64,000 bases of DNA from Candidatus Collierbacteria bacterium (GCA_903884375.1 CAISER010000035.1:36-64035), one strand, 5' to 3'; shown: positions 1 to 10,132, numbered from the stretch's first letter. The notes: generated from the sequence alone by a model not told the origin. Translations and numbers: made by a program.

Positions 1-402
1 ATCACCATCGAATTAATTACCCTTGGTTGTGGTCTGTTAGCAATATTTTTATCCTTTACCGTTGGTAAAGAATTTCTTTATTGGTGGTTAAAAGACGAAG
101 TAGTTGTAAATTCTGCATATCCGATTCTTAAGATAATGAGTATCTATTTTCTGATCACTGCCCTAACTCCCATTCCTTCCGTTCTAATTCAAAGTATTGG
201 TAAACCACAAACAACTTCATTCTTTGCTATTCTCACAGCGGTTGTTGATAGTATTGCCATGTTTATCTTAATTCCCATATACGGAGTTCTTGGGGCGGCT
301 TATGCCACCTTACTGGGCTCGATACTGACAGTTCCACCATTTCTTATCGTTGCCTCGATACTATTTGGCAAAGAGATTAAGAAAACGCTTAATCAGGCAT
401 AG
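1..402 (+). CDS. Polysaccharide flippase (Wzx/MATE-like), C-terminal part, 5'-truncated by the window
   Basis: Frame 1 is open from base 1. Multiple TM helices and the LIPIYGVLGAAYATL motif typical of the Polysacc_synt C-terminus; sits in a glycosyltransferase locus. Confidence 0.75.
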   Translation: MTIELITLGCGLLAIFLSFTVGKEFLYWWLKDEVVVNSAYPILKIMSIYFLITALTPIPSVLIQSIGKPQTTSFFAILTAVVDSIAMFILIPIYGVLGAAYATLLGSILTVPPFLIVASILFGKEIKKTLNQA

Positions 403-436
403 TTAAATCTTCCCTTTTTAGGTTAGAATATAGCTT

Positions 437-1264
437 ATGAAATCGAAGGTTGCTGCCATAATTTTAAACTATAAGCATCTAGAGGATACTCTCTCGTGTT
501 TATCAAATCTTAAAAAAACTGACAAAGGAAAAGAAATTTCATATTATGTTGTCGATAACTCTCCTTCCAAACTAACAGAAATAAAATTTGCTAAGTCTTT
601 TAAGGATATTACCTATATTCCTTCACCTCAAAATATTGGATTTGCAGGGGGAAACAACCTTGCTTTAAGACGAATTTTAGAAAAGGATTTTACCCATGTT
701 CTTATTATTAATCCCGATGTCACTGTTGGAAAGAAATTCTTTTCTCCCTTACTAACACATTTTTATGACCCAAAAGTTGGAATCGTTGCTCCGGCAATTG
801 TCCATACACAAAAAAATATAAAAATGTATGGTCTTGAAGGGAAAGTAAACTGGAAACTAGCCAAACCGGAACATCGAAATATAAATAATTTAAAATCAAA
901 AAAACCAATTAATTGTCAATTCGTTACCTTTGCCTGTGTATTGATTAGTATTGATAATATTAGAAAAGTTGGTCTCCTTGATGAAGGCTATTTTATGTAT
1001 TTTGAAGATGTTGATTACTGTTTATCATCCAAAAAAGAGGGTTATAAAATAATTCTTGATCCAAATGTCCTTATTACTCACGAAACTTCATCTTCTTTTA
1101 AACATCCAACTCAAAAATTAAAAATTAACTTTAAAAGTCACTTTAGATTTATTTATAAATGGTTAAATCCAATAAACCGTTTGATTCCCTTAATTTATAT
1201 TATCTTTTTATATCCCTATCTCTATTTATTGTGGTCTTATCATGAACACAAGTACAAAAAATAG
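437..1264 (+). CDS. Glycosyltransferase family 2 (rhamnosyltransferase-like)
   Basis: IILNY, VVDNSP, NIGFAGGNN, INPD and YFMYFEDVDYC motifs. Confidence 0.9.
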   Translation: MKSKVAAIILNYKHLEDTLSCLSNLKKTDKGKEISYYVVDNSPSKLTEIKFAKSFKDITYIPSPQNIGFAGGNNLALRRILEKDFTHVLIINPDVTVGKKFFSPLLTHFYDPKVGIVAPAIVHTQKNIKMYGLEGKVNWKLAKPEHRNINNLKSKKPINCQFVTFACVLISIDNIRKVGLLDEGYFMYFEDVDYCLSSKKEGYKIILDPNVLITHETSSSFKHPTQKLKINFKSHFRFIYKWLNPINRLIPLIYIIFLYPYLYLLWSYHEHKYKK

Positions 1265-2660
1265 TAAGGTAGCCCAAATCGGTAAGGTAGTAATTATTGG
1301 ACTGTTCTCTATCATTATCGTCAATATAAGTAACCGCATTTATTCATCCCCCTTTGATTTTGATGAAGGTGTGGGGTTGGGATTAGTTAAAAATATTCTT
1401 TTATCCGGAAAATATTCAACTTATGAAGCCATTTTTGATCCTGTAATTACTGTTGGTCCAACTGTTTATTTTCCCGCAGCCCTGACTTTATTGTCTGGAA
1501 ATATATTTTTCCCAAGAATAGTAATTCTTATTTATTCACTGGTTCTGTTATTTGTTGTCTTTAAGAGTTATCTGGAAAATCAAAATTCTAAAATATTATT
1601 TCTTTGTCTAGTATGTTTAACTCCCTATTATTATTATTTTTCCTCACATGTGTTGGGGGAAATACCCGCCATCACCTTTTCTCTTATTGGACTCCTCTAT
1701 TTAAGTCAAAAAAAATATTTGTTATCGGGGACTTTTCTGATTTTAGCTATTATGACAAAAAATATATTTCTTATTTCTATTTTTCCGGCAATATATCTGC
1801 TCTATAGCCAGAGAAAAAACTTGTGTGTAAAAAATATTATTATTTTTTTACTTCCTTTTTTTATTATTACTGCCTTATGGGAACTATATAGACTACAAAA
1901 CTTCCATTATTCTTTTAATGGCTATGCAAACAATTTATATCAAATGTTTCGTTACAATAAAGGTCTATCAAGAAGTCACCCGGAACTATTTATGGAAAGA
2001 ATTTCTATGCTTGATGGTGCTTTTGGTCTAAACGGTTTTGTTTTTTTAATCTCAACTATTTTGATTTCAATTTATTGCTTTATTAAAAATCATAATATTT
2101 TAATCAAATCGTTAATTGTCTTTACGATTACCTATCTGATATATTTTTTTATCCTAGGATCAACTACCTGGTATCGTCATTTCTTCCCCACAATAATATT
2201 GTTTGTTATTGTTATATCTTCAATAATTGATAAAATTCGTTTTTCAAAATACTCTTTAATTCCAATACTCGCTGTAATTTTGGTGGGTAAATTAATATTA
2301 ATTGATAACTCAAAATATATCTTTCAGCAAAACCTTTTACCATTATTTGATCAAACAGGAAAAAGATTATTTTTAAAATCACCACTTCTTGCGGAACAGT
2401 TGGAAACTGCAAAATATATTTCAAGCTCTTTACACAACGAGAAAATTTCTGGTGTTGTTTGGTATAACGCGCCAGAGATATCATATTTATCAGGGAAACA
2501 AATACATAGAACACCTGAAGATAGGGGGAATATGTATTTAATCAGTCATCCTTTTGGTAGGTTGCTTGTCCCGGAAGTAGATGCAAGAATAAGTAAGTAT
2601 CCTTTTAAAGAGTCAGTATTTGAAACATCGTTCTATAAAATCTATAAAAAATATGAATAA
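1242..2660 (+). CDS. Polytopic membrane protein, GT-C/ArnT-PMT-like glycosyltransferase
   Basis: FDE motif after the first TM helix, LGE, WYRH, about 11 TM segments and a C-terminal soluble domain. Confidence 0.6.
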   Translation: MNTSTKNSKVAQIGKVVIIGLFSIIIVNISNRIYSSPFDFDEGVGLGLVKNILLSGKYSTYEAIFDPVITVGPTVYFPAALTLLSGNIFFPRIVILIYSLVLLFVVFKSYLENQNSKILFLCLVCLTPYYYYFSSHVLGEIPAITFSLIGLLYLSQKKYLLSGTFLILAIMTKNIFLISIFPAIYLLYSQRKNLCVKNIIIFLLPFFIITALWELYRLQNFHYSFNGYANNLYQMFRYNKGLSRSHPELFMERISMLDGAFGLNGFVFLISTILISIYCFIKNHNILIKSLIVFTITYLIYFFILGSTTWYRHFFPTIILFVIVISSIIDKIRFSKYSLIPILAVILVGKLILIDNSKYIFQQNLLPLFDQTGKRLFLKSPLLAEQLETAKYISSSLHNEKISGVVWYNAPEISYLSGKQIHRTPEDRGNMYLISHPFGRLLVPEVDARISKYPFKESVFETSFYKIYKKYE

Positions 2661-3789
2661 TGATTCCAATCGTTTTAGTAAACTCGATGGTTTAAGAGGG
2701 TTGTTGTCACTTGTGGTATGTTTAAACCACTCTTTTTTAGTTGTCGCTATTCCCACCTTTGCTAATGTTTGGCAACAAAACCCAATTATTTTTCATAATT
2801 TTCAAAGTAAAGTACAACAATTATTCATGCTTTTGGGGAATGGGGGTGCTGCAGTTACACTTTTCTTTTTGCTTTCCGGTTTGGTACTTGGCCAATCTAT
2901 AGCCAAAATTAAAATGAATTCTATCGGTATTGGAGGATTCCTGATAAAGAGAATTATTCGGCTTTATCCGGTCTATTTATTTATTGTCTTTATCACTTCT
3001 TTATATATGAAATTTGGATTTAGATACGAAACTTTCCTTCACTCATCTGCATGGTTCAATTGGTGGATGAATTTTGAAATAACACTTAAAGAATTATTTA
3101 TGAATATGTTTTTTATTCACACATATTTTGGAGGTGTAACATGGACGCTAAGAGTTATTCTCATCGCTTCTTTTATCTTTCCGGTCTTTTATTTATTAAA
3201 CAAAAAAACTTCTTGGTGGCAAGACGTTATAGTTTCATTACTTCTTGTTTATCTTAGTTTTACCTTGTTTAACATCGAAGGGTTTCGTGATCTGCGATAT
3301 TTATATATGTTTTATTTGGGGTTAATGATTCCCAAGTTTAAAACCATGTTTTCCTCATTACCCAACTGGCTGGTTTGGCTACTTCTTCCCTTTGCAGTGT
3401 TAATTCTCCTAGGTTATAGATATTTAACGAATGAATATAAAGGGGGAGTGATTGAAAGTATTATTTCCTTTTTTATCATTGGTCTTGCTGCCTATGGAGA
3501 CAAAATATCTGCCTTAAACATTTTAGACGGAAAATTTCTAAAGTTTTTTGGAAAAATATCCTACAGTTTATATTTAATTCATTTTTCCGTTCTTTATTTT
3601 TTAGCAAAAATAATGTTTCAAAAATATCCAAATCTACTTTACGAAAATAATTATATGATGATTCATCTTATCCTCTTTTTTGTCTCAACCCTTATCGCTA
3701 CAGGAATATCTTTCTTGGTTTATCACTTTATTGAGTTACCTTCACACACTTTATCCAAAAAGTTTGGAGAAAAAATATCTAAAGAATGA
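2653..3789 (+). CDS. Acyltransferase family 3 (OafA-like O-acetyltransferase)
   Basis: LDGLRG, AVTLFFLLSG, KRIIRLYP, WTL and GKISYSLYLIH motifs. ATG at 2653 preferred to TTG at 2620. Confidence 0.9.
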   Translation: MNNDSNRFSKLDGLRGLLSLVVCLNHSFLVVAIPTFANVWQQNPIIFHNFQSKVQQLFMLLGNGGAAVTLFFLLSGLVLGQSIAKIKMNSIGIGGFLIKRIIRLYPVYLFIVFITSLYMKFGFRYETFLHSSAWFNWWMNFEITLKELFMNMFFIHTYFGGVTWTLRVILIASFIFPVFYLLNKKTSWWQDVIVSLLLVYLSFTLFNIEGFRDLRYLYMFYLGLMIPKFKTMFSSLPNWLVWLLLPFAVLILLGYRYLTNEYKGGVIESIISFFIIGLAAYGDKISALNILDGKFLKFFGKISYSLYLIHFSVLYFLAKIMFQKYPNLLYENNYMMIHLILFFVSTLIATGISFLVYHFIELPSHTLSKKFGEKISKE

Positions 3790-4511
3790 AAATTACAGCC
3801 ATTATTATTTCCAAAACGGAAATTATAGACAAATTGGTAATTGATTCCATAAAATTTGCTGATGAAATTATCATAGTCGTAGATTCACCAGTAAAAAAAA
3901 CAAAAACGATCGGTAATACAAACATTTATTATCATCCACTAAATAATGATTTTGCTACCCAAAGAAACTTTGCCATAGGATTGTCAAAAAATGAATGGGT
4001 TTTATTTGTTGATGAAGATGAATATGTAAGTAGTGAACTAAAAAGGGAAATAAATTTACTCAAGGAAAAATCATCTTATTCAGGGTTTATCATTCCTAGA
4101 GTTGATGTCTGTTTCCACCAGCCATTACATTTTGGAGAAACTGGACATACTAAGCTTCTTCGTCTGGCTAAGAAAACCTCAGGAAAATTTGAAAGACCTG
4201 TTCATGAAAAATGGAATATCAAAGGGGAGATGGGGGAACTTCACTCATCTTTATATCATCACAAGGATAATCTAATTAGTGGATTTATCGGTCGCATGAC
4301 TCAGTATTCCGGTATTGACGCAGATATTTTAAATAAAGAAGATAAACCATTTACCTATTGGCGATTACTTTTAAATCCAAAGGGAAAATTTATCCAAAAC
4401 TATATATTTAGACTCGGTTGTATGGATGGTATTGCCGGTTTGTTTTTGGCATATCTGATGAGTATCCAGTCGTTAACAGTCAGAATATTCCAATGGACAA
4501 AAAGAAATTAA
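3786..4511 (+). CDS. Glycosyltransferase family 2 (WaaE/KdtX-like)
   Basis: DFATQRNFA, EWVLFVDEDE, VHE and the C-terminal LGCMDGIAG motif. Confidence 0.85.
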   Translation: MKITAIIISKTEIIDKLVIDSIKFADEIIIVVDSPVKKTKTIGNTNIYYHPLNNDFATQRNFAIGLSKNEWVLFVDEDEYVSSELKREINLLKEKSSYSGFIIPRVDVCFHQPLHFGETGHTKLLRLAKKTSGKFERPVHEKWNIKGEMGELHSSLYHHKDNLISGFIGRMTQYSGIDADILNKEDKPFTYWRLLLNPKGKFIQNYIFRLGCMDGIAGLFLAYLMSIQSLTVRIFQWTKRN

Positions 4512-5821
4512 TATTATTTCTTTGGACCCCACTTATCCTCCTGGCGATAATAAATTTATTAACAGTCTTCACTCCGGAAATAGGTTTTGATGCACTTTGG
4601 TATCATCTTACTTTACCCAAGCTTTGGTTGCTAAAAAAGCAATGGTATTTTGAAGGCGGTCTTTTGTATTACTCTGTCATGCCCAGGCTAACAGAAACTC
4701 TTTTTATTCCTCTTATTAAAATGACAGGCTTTATTGGTCCGAAATTAATTCAGTATTTGTCAGGTATTGGCACCGGAATAATCATTTGGAAAATATCATC
4801 AAAATTGAAATACTCTACAGTTTTAAAATTAGTAACAGTATCCCTATTTTATGGAACATGGCTTGTCAGTTGGCAGTCGGGAAGTGCCTATATTGATCTC
4901 TTTAGAACATTACTGGAAGCACTTGCTTTGTATTATATTTTGGGTGATTCATTAATCAAGGGAGGCATTTTCCTTGGTTTGGCTATCGGTACCAAATGGC
5001 TTTCACTTGGGTCCGTCTGTATTTACGCACTTGTTTTTGGTGCTCCACTATTAATTCCAGCTCTATTATTATCTGCGCCTTGGTTATATCTGGCATATAG
5101 TTACACCGGGAATCCAGTTTATCCGTTATTTAGCCCTCTTCTCCATCAGTCTTTATTGCCTGTTACCACGATAATCAATAATATTATTTTTCTACCCATT
5201 GTGGCTACTTTTCCATACGATGATTTTCTTTCACCCCTAGTGGGGATATTAATTGTTTTATCGATTATTGCCCTATTCAGTCGTAATAAAATAATTCAAA
5301 AAATTTCACTTATCGGTATATTGGGTACTATTTATAGCCTTATTCTCAATCCCCCTTCAAGTAGATTTATGTTGCCGTATCTTCCGGCATTAATTATTTC
5401 AGCGGTTTATACTGTCGGAAAACTTAAGGTTAATCTTCAAAAAGTATTTATTTATCTCGCAATCGTATCTTCAATGATTATTTTGGGTATGAGAATATTC
5501 GCAATAATTAAATATGTCCCACTTTTAATTGGTAAAGAAACTCAAAATACTTTTCTTTCAAAACTATCAGCAAGACTACCAGATACCTTTATTGATACCG
5601 ACAATTTTGTGCAAGATAATATTCCACAGAACAGTAAAATTATCATTGATAAACTTCATAATTTATATTATTTCCCTTATAATTTTGATCACACTTCGTG
5701 GACAAAAACAATATCAGGTTATGATTATTTAGTGACGAAAGAAACGAAACAAGATGATATAAAAGGGGAGTTGCTTCATACAAACAAGGTTGGCATCCAG
5801 ATATACAAATTAATTAAATGA
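4493..5821 (+). CDS. Polytopic membrane protein, probable GT-C fold glycosyltransferase
   Basis: FDALWYHL, AYID, GTKW, TGNPVYP and SRFMLP motifs with many TM helices. Start placed at ATG 4493. Confidence 0.6.
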   Translation: MDKKKLILFLWTPLILLAIINLLTVFTPEIGFDALWYHLTLPKLWLLKKQWYFEGGLLYYSVMPRLTETLFIPLIKMTGFIGPKLIQYLSGIGTGIIIWKISSKLKYSTVLKLVTVSLFYGTWLVSWQSGSAYIDLFRTLLEALALYYILGDSLIKGGIFLGLAIGTKWLSLGSVCIYALVFGAPLLIPALLLSAPWLYLAYSYTGNPVYPLFSPLLHQSLLPVTTIINNIIFLPIVATFPYDDFLSPLVGILIVLSIIALFSRNKIIQKISLIGILGTIYSLILNPPSSRFMLPYLPALIISAVYTVGKLKVNLQKVFIYLAIVSSMIILGMRIFAIIKYVPLLIGKETQNTFLSKLSARLPDTFIDTDNFVQDNIPQNSKIIIDKLHNLYYFPYNFDHTSWTKTISGYDYLVTKETKQDDIKGELLHTNKVGIQIYKLIK

Positions 5822-6915
5822 TTTATTACTTACTGTTATTAACGATATATATTTGGCCATTTGGTCAACTATTGTCATTTCCCCAATCCCCTTTTCCTTT
5901 CACAATTTATCTACTGGATATATCACTATTGTTTATCTTAATCGCACTTATCCTATCCCGCCAAAGAAAAAAAATATTTTCCGGATCGATACTCAAATCA
6001 TTAATGATTTTTTTTGGAATCGTAATTTTTTCATTGCTAATCAATATCAATAGAGTTTCTTGGTCGGAAATTCCCAGCTCGGTATTTTATTTATTAAGAA
6101 TAATTATTTACCCTTCGCTATTTTTTGCTGTGAGGTATATCGGAATTGAACGTCTAAAAAAACCACTCAATATATCGTTAATAATCTTTTGTTTCCTTTG
6201 TATTGTTCAATATATATTAATTCCCGATATGCGTTTTCTAAAAAACATTGGATTTGATGATCATTATTTCCGTTTGATTGGGCCTTTCTTTGATCCAAAT
6301 TTTACCGGAGCGGTTTTTGCTGCAGCCTCTCTTTATTTTATTGGAAATAATAAGATCAGCTACTCACTTCCCTTTATTGGGTTATTGGCACCTACGGTCT
6401 CAAGAGCATCATATTTAGTTTTTGTTGCTGGATTGATATATATTCTTTTCCACAATAAAAAAATAAAGCTATTGATTCTTATTGGCGTTCTTGGAGCAAT
6501 CATTTTAATGATACCTAAACCATTTGGGGAAGGCATTAATTTATTTAGAACGTTTTCAATTTATTCAAGACTCGATAGTTGGCGACAAGGAATTTCTTTA
6601 TTTTTTGACAAACCAATTTTTGGTTGGGGATACAACACTTTAAGAAATAATGACGGTTCTCGTTTCCAAATTGACAATAGTTATATATTTTTGTTAGCCA
6701 CAACCGGGATTGCTGGTTTGTTATCTTTCAGCAATCTACTTAAAGATCTTTTAAAAAACATTAAGAACGTTGGAATAAAAATACTTATATTTTCTTTATT
6801 AATCCATAGTTTATTCAACAACTCATTATTCTATATCTGGATATTAGCCGTTTTTTGGTTTATGTCAGCAATTGGTTGGAAAAGTCCTAAGGAGTATAAA
6901 CAACTTTCAAAGTAG
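5818..6915 (+). CDS. O-antigen ligase/polymerase family (Wzy_C) protein
   Basis: RLIGPFFDPN, TVSRASY, PIFGWGYN, IDNSY and ATTGIAG motifs. Confidence 0.8.
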   Translation: MIYYLLLLTIYIWPFGQLLSFPQSPFPFTIYLLDISLLFILIALILSRQRKKIFSGSILKSLMIFFGIVIFSLLININRVSWSEIPSSVFYLLRIIIYPSLFFAVRYIGIERLKKPLNISLIIFCFLCIVQYILIPDMRFLKNIGFDDHYFRLIGPFFDPNFTGAVFAAASLYFIGNNKISYSLPFIGLLAPTVSRASYLVFVAGLIYILFHNKKIKLLILIGVLGAIILMIPKPFGEGINLFRTFSIYSRLDSWRQGISLFFDKPIFGWGYNTLRNNDGSRFQIDNSYIFLLATTGIAGLLSFSNLLKDLLKNIKNVGIKILIFSLLIHSLFNNSLFYIWILAVFWFMSAIGWKSPKEYKQLSK

Positions 6916-7576
6916 TTTCGTCGCTATTTCCTGCTTTATCGGAAGCTGTAATTTTTATTGTATTTTCCCCACTCGAAAGCATATAGCGATGGACAAAAGC
7001 ACCTGTTTTATCAACCTGGACAAAGGAACTATTAATGAGTACTTGTCCGCCTAATTTGTTTATATCTCCCTTAATATCAATTACTTGATTTGTTTTTCCA
7101 AAATACTCATTACCGTTTTTTGGAGTCGAAATATTTAAAACAACAGGTTTACTATCCTGTTCAATTATGGTTACTTCAGACATACTTTCATTTCCGGCTT
7201 CGTCTTTTGCTCTAAATTGAATACGGTTTTGTCCTGAAATTAATAATGTATCAAAAATAAAATAACCGGTACTATCTGCTTTTGTGAGTTTATCAACGCT
7301 ATCATTTAATAAAAGTTCTACGTTTGCACCCGCCTCGGTAAAACCATCAATATATAATTTTGCGCTATTGGTAGCATCCGGTAATGCCGAGATAACTGGA
7401 GACTGGGGTGGAATTATATCTTTTCCAGTTTCAATACGCTCAACTCCATTTCCGGCGATAAGATTCATAAATAAAGGCAATCCCCATTTAAACATTATCA
7501 CTATAAAAACGATGGAAAGAAAAATATAAAAACGGGATCGGTTTTTATATTGAGATTGTTTGTATCTTCCTGGCAT
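6887..7576 (-). CDS. Membrane-anchored protein with two bacterial Ig-like domains
   Basis: N-terminal TM helix; two repeats of G-x-N-x-I ... A-x-D-x-A-G-N. Confidence 0.75.
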   Translation of the reverse strand: MPGRYKQSQYKNRSRFYIFLSIVFIVIMFKWGLPLFMNLIAGNGVERIETGKDIIPPQSPVISALPDATNSAKLYIDGFTEAGANVELLLNDSVDKLTKADSTGYFIFDTLLISGQNRIQFRAKDEAGNESMSEVTIIEQDSKPVVLNISTPKNGNEYFGKTNQVIDIKGDINKLGGQVLINSSFVQVDKTGAFVHRYMLSSGENTIKITASDKAGNSDETTLKVVYTP

Positions 7577-7611
7577 ATTTAATCTTTAGTATAATCCATC
7601 TCAGACTTCAA

Positions 7612-7682
7612 GCGGGTATAGTTCACCGGTAGAATGCTTCCTTCCCAAGGAAGAGAAGTGGGTCCGATTCCCATTACCCGCT
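7612..7682 (+). tRNA. tRNA-Gly(CCC)
   Basis: GCGGGTA/TACCCGC acceptor stem; anticodon arm CTTCC-TTCCCAA-GGAAG; T-loop reads GTCCGAT; CCA not encoded. Confidence 0.93.
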
Positions 7683-7762
7683 CACAAAAAAGTCAGACCC
7701 TTGTGGTCTGACTGTTTGATAAGTGAGCTGAGGAATCGGACCTGACGGAGCCAAGCTCGTAA
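7683..7762 (+). repeat. tRNA-trailing structured element, copy 1 (CTTGT hairpin, anti-T-arm, conserved tail)
   Basis: Hairpin at 7691-7713. GGAATCGGACC (7732-7742) is complementary to tRNA bases 7661-7671. Bases 7733-7762 match the reverse complement of 35238-35267 at 26 of 30 positions. Confidence 0.8.
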
Positions 7763-7835
7763 TGTGCCAAAATCTTCCTATTGTTGTAAATGTTTAATAT
7801 TAGCGCTAAACTTTGGTTGTAACACCAGTTACATC

Positions 7836-8411
7836 ATGAAGTTTATCGTTGTATTGTTTATTTCGGTATTGTTTACAATTTTCATAGGTACCCTTGCGAA
7901 GAATTTATCAAAATCAAATAATAATTCCCTTATTTCTCCTTTAGTTGCCGATACTATCAACAATACAGGCAAACAATCATTACTAGGGACTCAGGTGTTT
8001 GTAAACAATTACTTTAATTACAAAATTAAACATCCATCAGATGTAAATATTAAAAACATGACCAACGGAGATGTAAGTTTGCAAAAAGATAAATCAATTA
8101 ATATTTCTATAACACAACAAACACTAGCAGGGAATAATACGATTAATACAGAAATTGAAAAAAATATAGATCAAAAAAAGAATCGGTTAAAAGATCAATT
8201 TAATCTAATAAACAATATTTCACCTATTGCCATTGATTCATCCACAGCACAAACATATACATCAGAAGAAAAAGGTGTGATTTATACCTACTATTATGTT
8301 CCGCAAAATAATAATAAATATTTAATAATATCTAACTCATCACCGAACAATGGAAGCCGTGATTACTTGATATCAGAAGAAATAATATATTCATTAGATT
8401 TATTACCTTAA
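7836..8411 (+). CDS. Exported hypothetical protein (possibly PsbP-like fold)
   Basis: Hydrophobic N-terminus from ATG 7836. FNYKIKHP near the start and IIYSL at the end resemble the PsbP-like pattern. Confidence 0.55.
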   Translation: MKFIVVLFISVLFTIFIGTLAKNLSKSNNNSLISPLVADTINNTGKQSLLGTQVFVNNYFNYKIKHPSDVNIKNMTNGDVSLQKDKSINISITQQTLAGNNTINTEIEKNIDQKKNRLKDQFNLINNISPIAIDSSTAQTYTSEEKGVIYTYYYVPQNNNKYLIISNSSPNNGSRDYLISEEIIYSLDLLP

Positions 8412-8438
8412 TTCCTCTTCTTGGTTTACAATAATTCC

Positions 8439-9140
8439 GTGATCGATATAAGCTATACCGTTGTCCGCAAAAAAGGAATTACCTCAAGTATTTCAATCAG
8501 CGTGTCGGGGGATAAAGGAGTCGTTGTAAGAGCTCCTTTTTGGATGACAAGAGGTATGATAAATAATTTTGTGCAAGAAAAAGCATCGTGGATTCATAAA
8601 AACACCAAACGATTACACCAAAATAAAACAGTCAAGCAATATATTAATGGCGAAAAACATCTTTATTTTGGCAAAGAATATCCTCTTGAAGTTATCTTTA
8701 ATTCTACAAATAGTAGATGCAAAATAGAAATAATTGATGAAAGAATTCGTGTAGAGTTATCGGAAAAAGTACCATCAGAAAATATTTCAAATAAAATTAA
8801 GGATGCCTTGCTTTATTGGTATTTGGAAAAAGGAATCGAAGCTATAACTGAAAAAGTTAACTATTTTTCAAATAAAATGAATGTTAATTATCAAAGAATC
8901 GATTTAAAAAAGGTAACAACCATTTGGGGAAGTTGTTCTCCTTCAAACAAATTAAGTTTTAATCGAAAATTGGTTATGGCTCCACACGAAGTAGTTGATT
9001 ATGTAGTAATACATGAGGTTGCACATCTTGTACATCGGAATCACGGACAAGAATTCTGGAAGATGGTTGAAAGCTATGACAAAGAATACAAAACACATCG
9101 CAAATGGCTTAAAGTTAATCATCAACTTCTTTCTCTTTAG
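8439..9140 (+). CDS. YgjP/DUF45 (SprT-like) zinc metallopeptidase/hydrolase
   Basis: WGSCS, YVVIHEVAH and NHGQEFW motifs. Confidence 0.9.
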   Translation: MIDISYTVVRKKGITSSISISVSGDKGVVVRAPFWMTRGMINNFVQEKASWIHKNTKRLHQNKTVKQYINGEKHLYFGKEYPLEVIFNSTNSRCKIEIIDERIRVELSEKVPSENISNKIKDALLYWYLEKGIEAITEKVNYFSNKMNVNYQRIDLKKVTTIWGSCSPSNKLSFNRKLVMAPHEVVDYVVIHEVAHLVHRNHGQEFWKMVESYDKEYKTHRKWLKVNHQLLSL

Positions 9141-9164
9141 CAAAGAACATCTAAATTCATAATC

Positions 9165-9497
9165 GTGATATTAAAAAATATTACCGGCAATAAATTAATT
9201 ACATCAAAAGCTCAAAAGGCCAACACTTTTTGGGACCAGTTGTTGGGTTTATTAAATAAGCGCAATTCTCGTTTCCTAATCTTCAATACTCGTTTCGGTA
9301 TTCATACATTTTTTATGAACACAGCAATAGACGTTATACTTTTAAATGGGAATAATCATGTTATAAAAATCAATAAATATTTATCACCAAATCGTCTATT
9401 TCTCTATCACCCAAAATATTTTACAGTTATCGAATTACCAAAGGGCACGATAGATAAATTTGATATTCAGATAAATGATAAAATTTCAATTGAATGA
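9165..9497 (+). CDS. DUF192 family protein
   Basis: ANTFW..LLGL, IHTFFM..IDVI and VIELPKG motifs. Confidence 0.85.
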   Translation: MILKNITGNKLITSKAQKANTFWDQLLGLLNKRNSRFLIFNTRFGIHTFFMNTAIDVILLNGNNHVIKINKYLSPNRLFLYHPKYFTVIELPKGTIDKFDIQINDKISIE

Positions 9498-10132
9498 AAT
9501 TGATAAGTAAACGAATTGTTTTTAATTGCCAAACAATGTTTATTTTATTGTTTGTTGTGTTTAGCTTGATAGCTTCCTCCAATCCGTATTTCAAAATTGA
9601 CTTAATCATATCTAGATTAATTCAAAATATTAACTCAAGCGTATTTAGCGATGTAATGTGGTTTGTCTCTTCAATCGGGAATCAACCATACATGATAATT
9701 ATTGTTGGCCTAATTAGTTTTATTTATTATGTTAATAAATTTAAAAAAGAAGCCGTAATCAGCTCACTAATAGCGGCAGGCAGTGCCTTGTCGGGTTCGT
9801 TGATAAAGGTAATTATTGGTCGTCCAAGACCGGAAGCGAATTTGATAAACGTTTCAGTATGGTTATCAGATAAAAGTTTTCCCAGTAATCACGTTGCGGT
9901 ATTTACCTCATTTTTTGGATTTATTCTGTATTTGGTATTATTAAAGACAAAATATATCGCTAAAAAGAGCCTTCTATCAGTTTTTTTGATTATATTAATA
10001 ATGGCCATGGGTATTTCCAGAATTTATCTTGGTGCCCATTGGGCAAGTGATGTGTTGGGAGGATATTTACTGGGAATTCTTTGGTTGATGTTGGCAATTA
10101 AGCTTTATAATTCCACTAATGGCAAAAGATAA
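9494..10132 (+). CDS. PAP2 family membrane phosphatase (undecaprenyl-PP phosphatase-like)
   Basis: K-x6-RP, SFPSNH and SRIYLGAHWASDV motifs. Confidence 0.92.
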   Translation: MKLISKRIVFNCQTMFILLFVVFSLIASSNPYFKIDLIISRLIQNINSSVFSDVMWFVSSIGNQPYMIIIVGLISFIYYVNKFKKEAVISSLIAAGSALSGSLIKVIIGRPRPEANLINVSVWLSDKSFPSNHVAVFTSFFGFILYLVLLKTKYIAKKSLLSVFLIILIMAMGISRIYLGAHWASDVLGGYLLGILWLMLAIKLYNSTNGKR

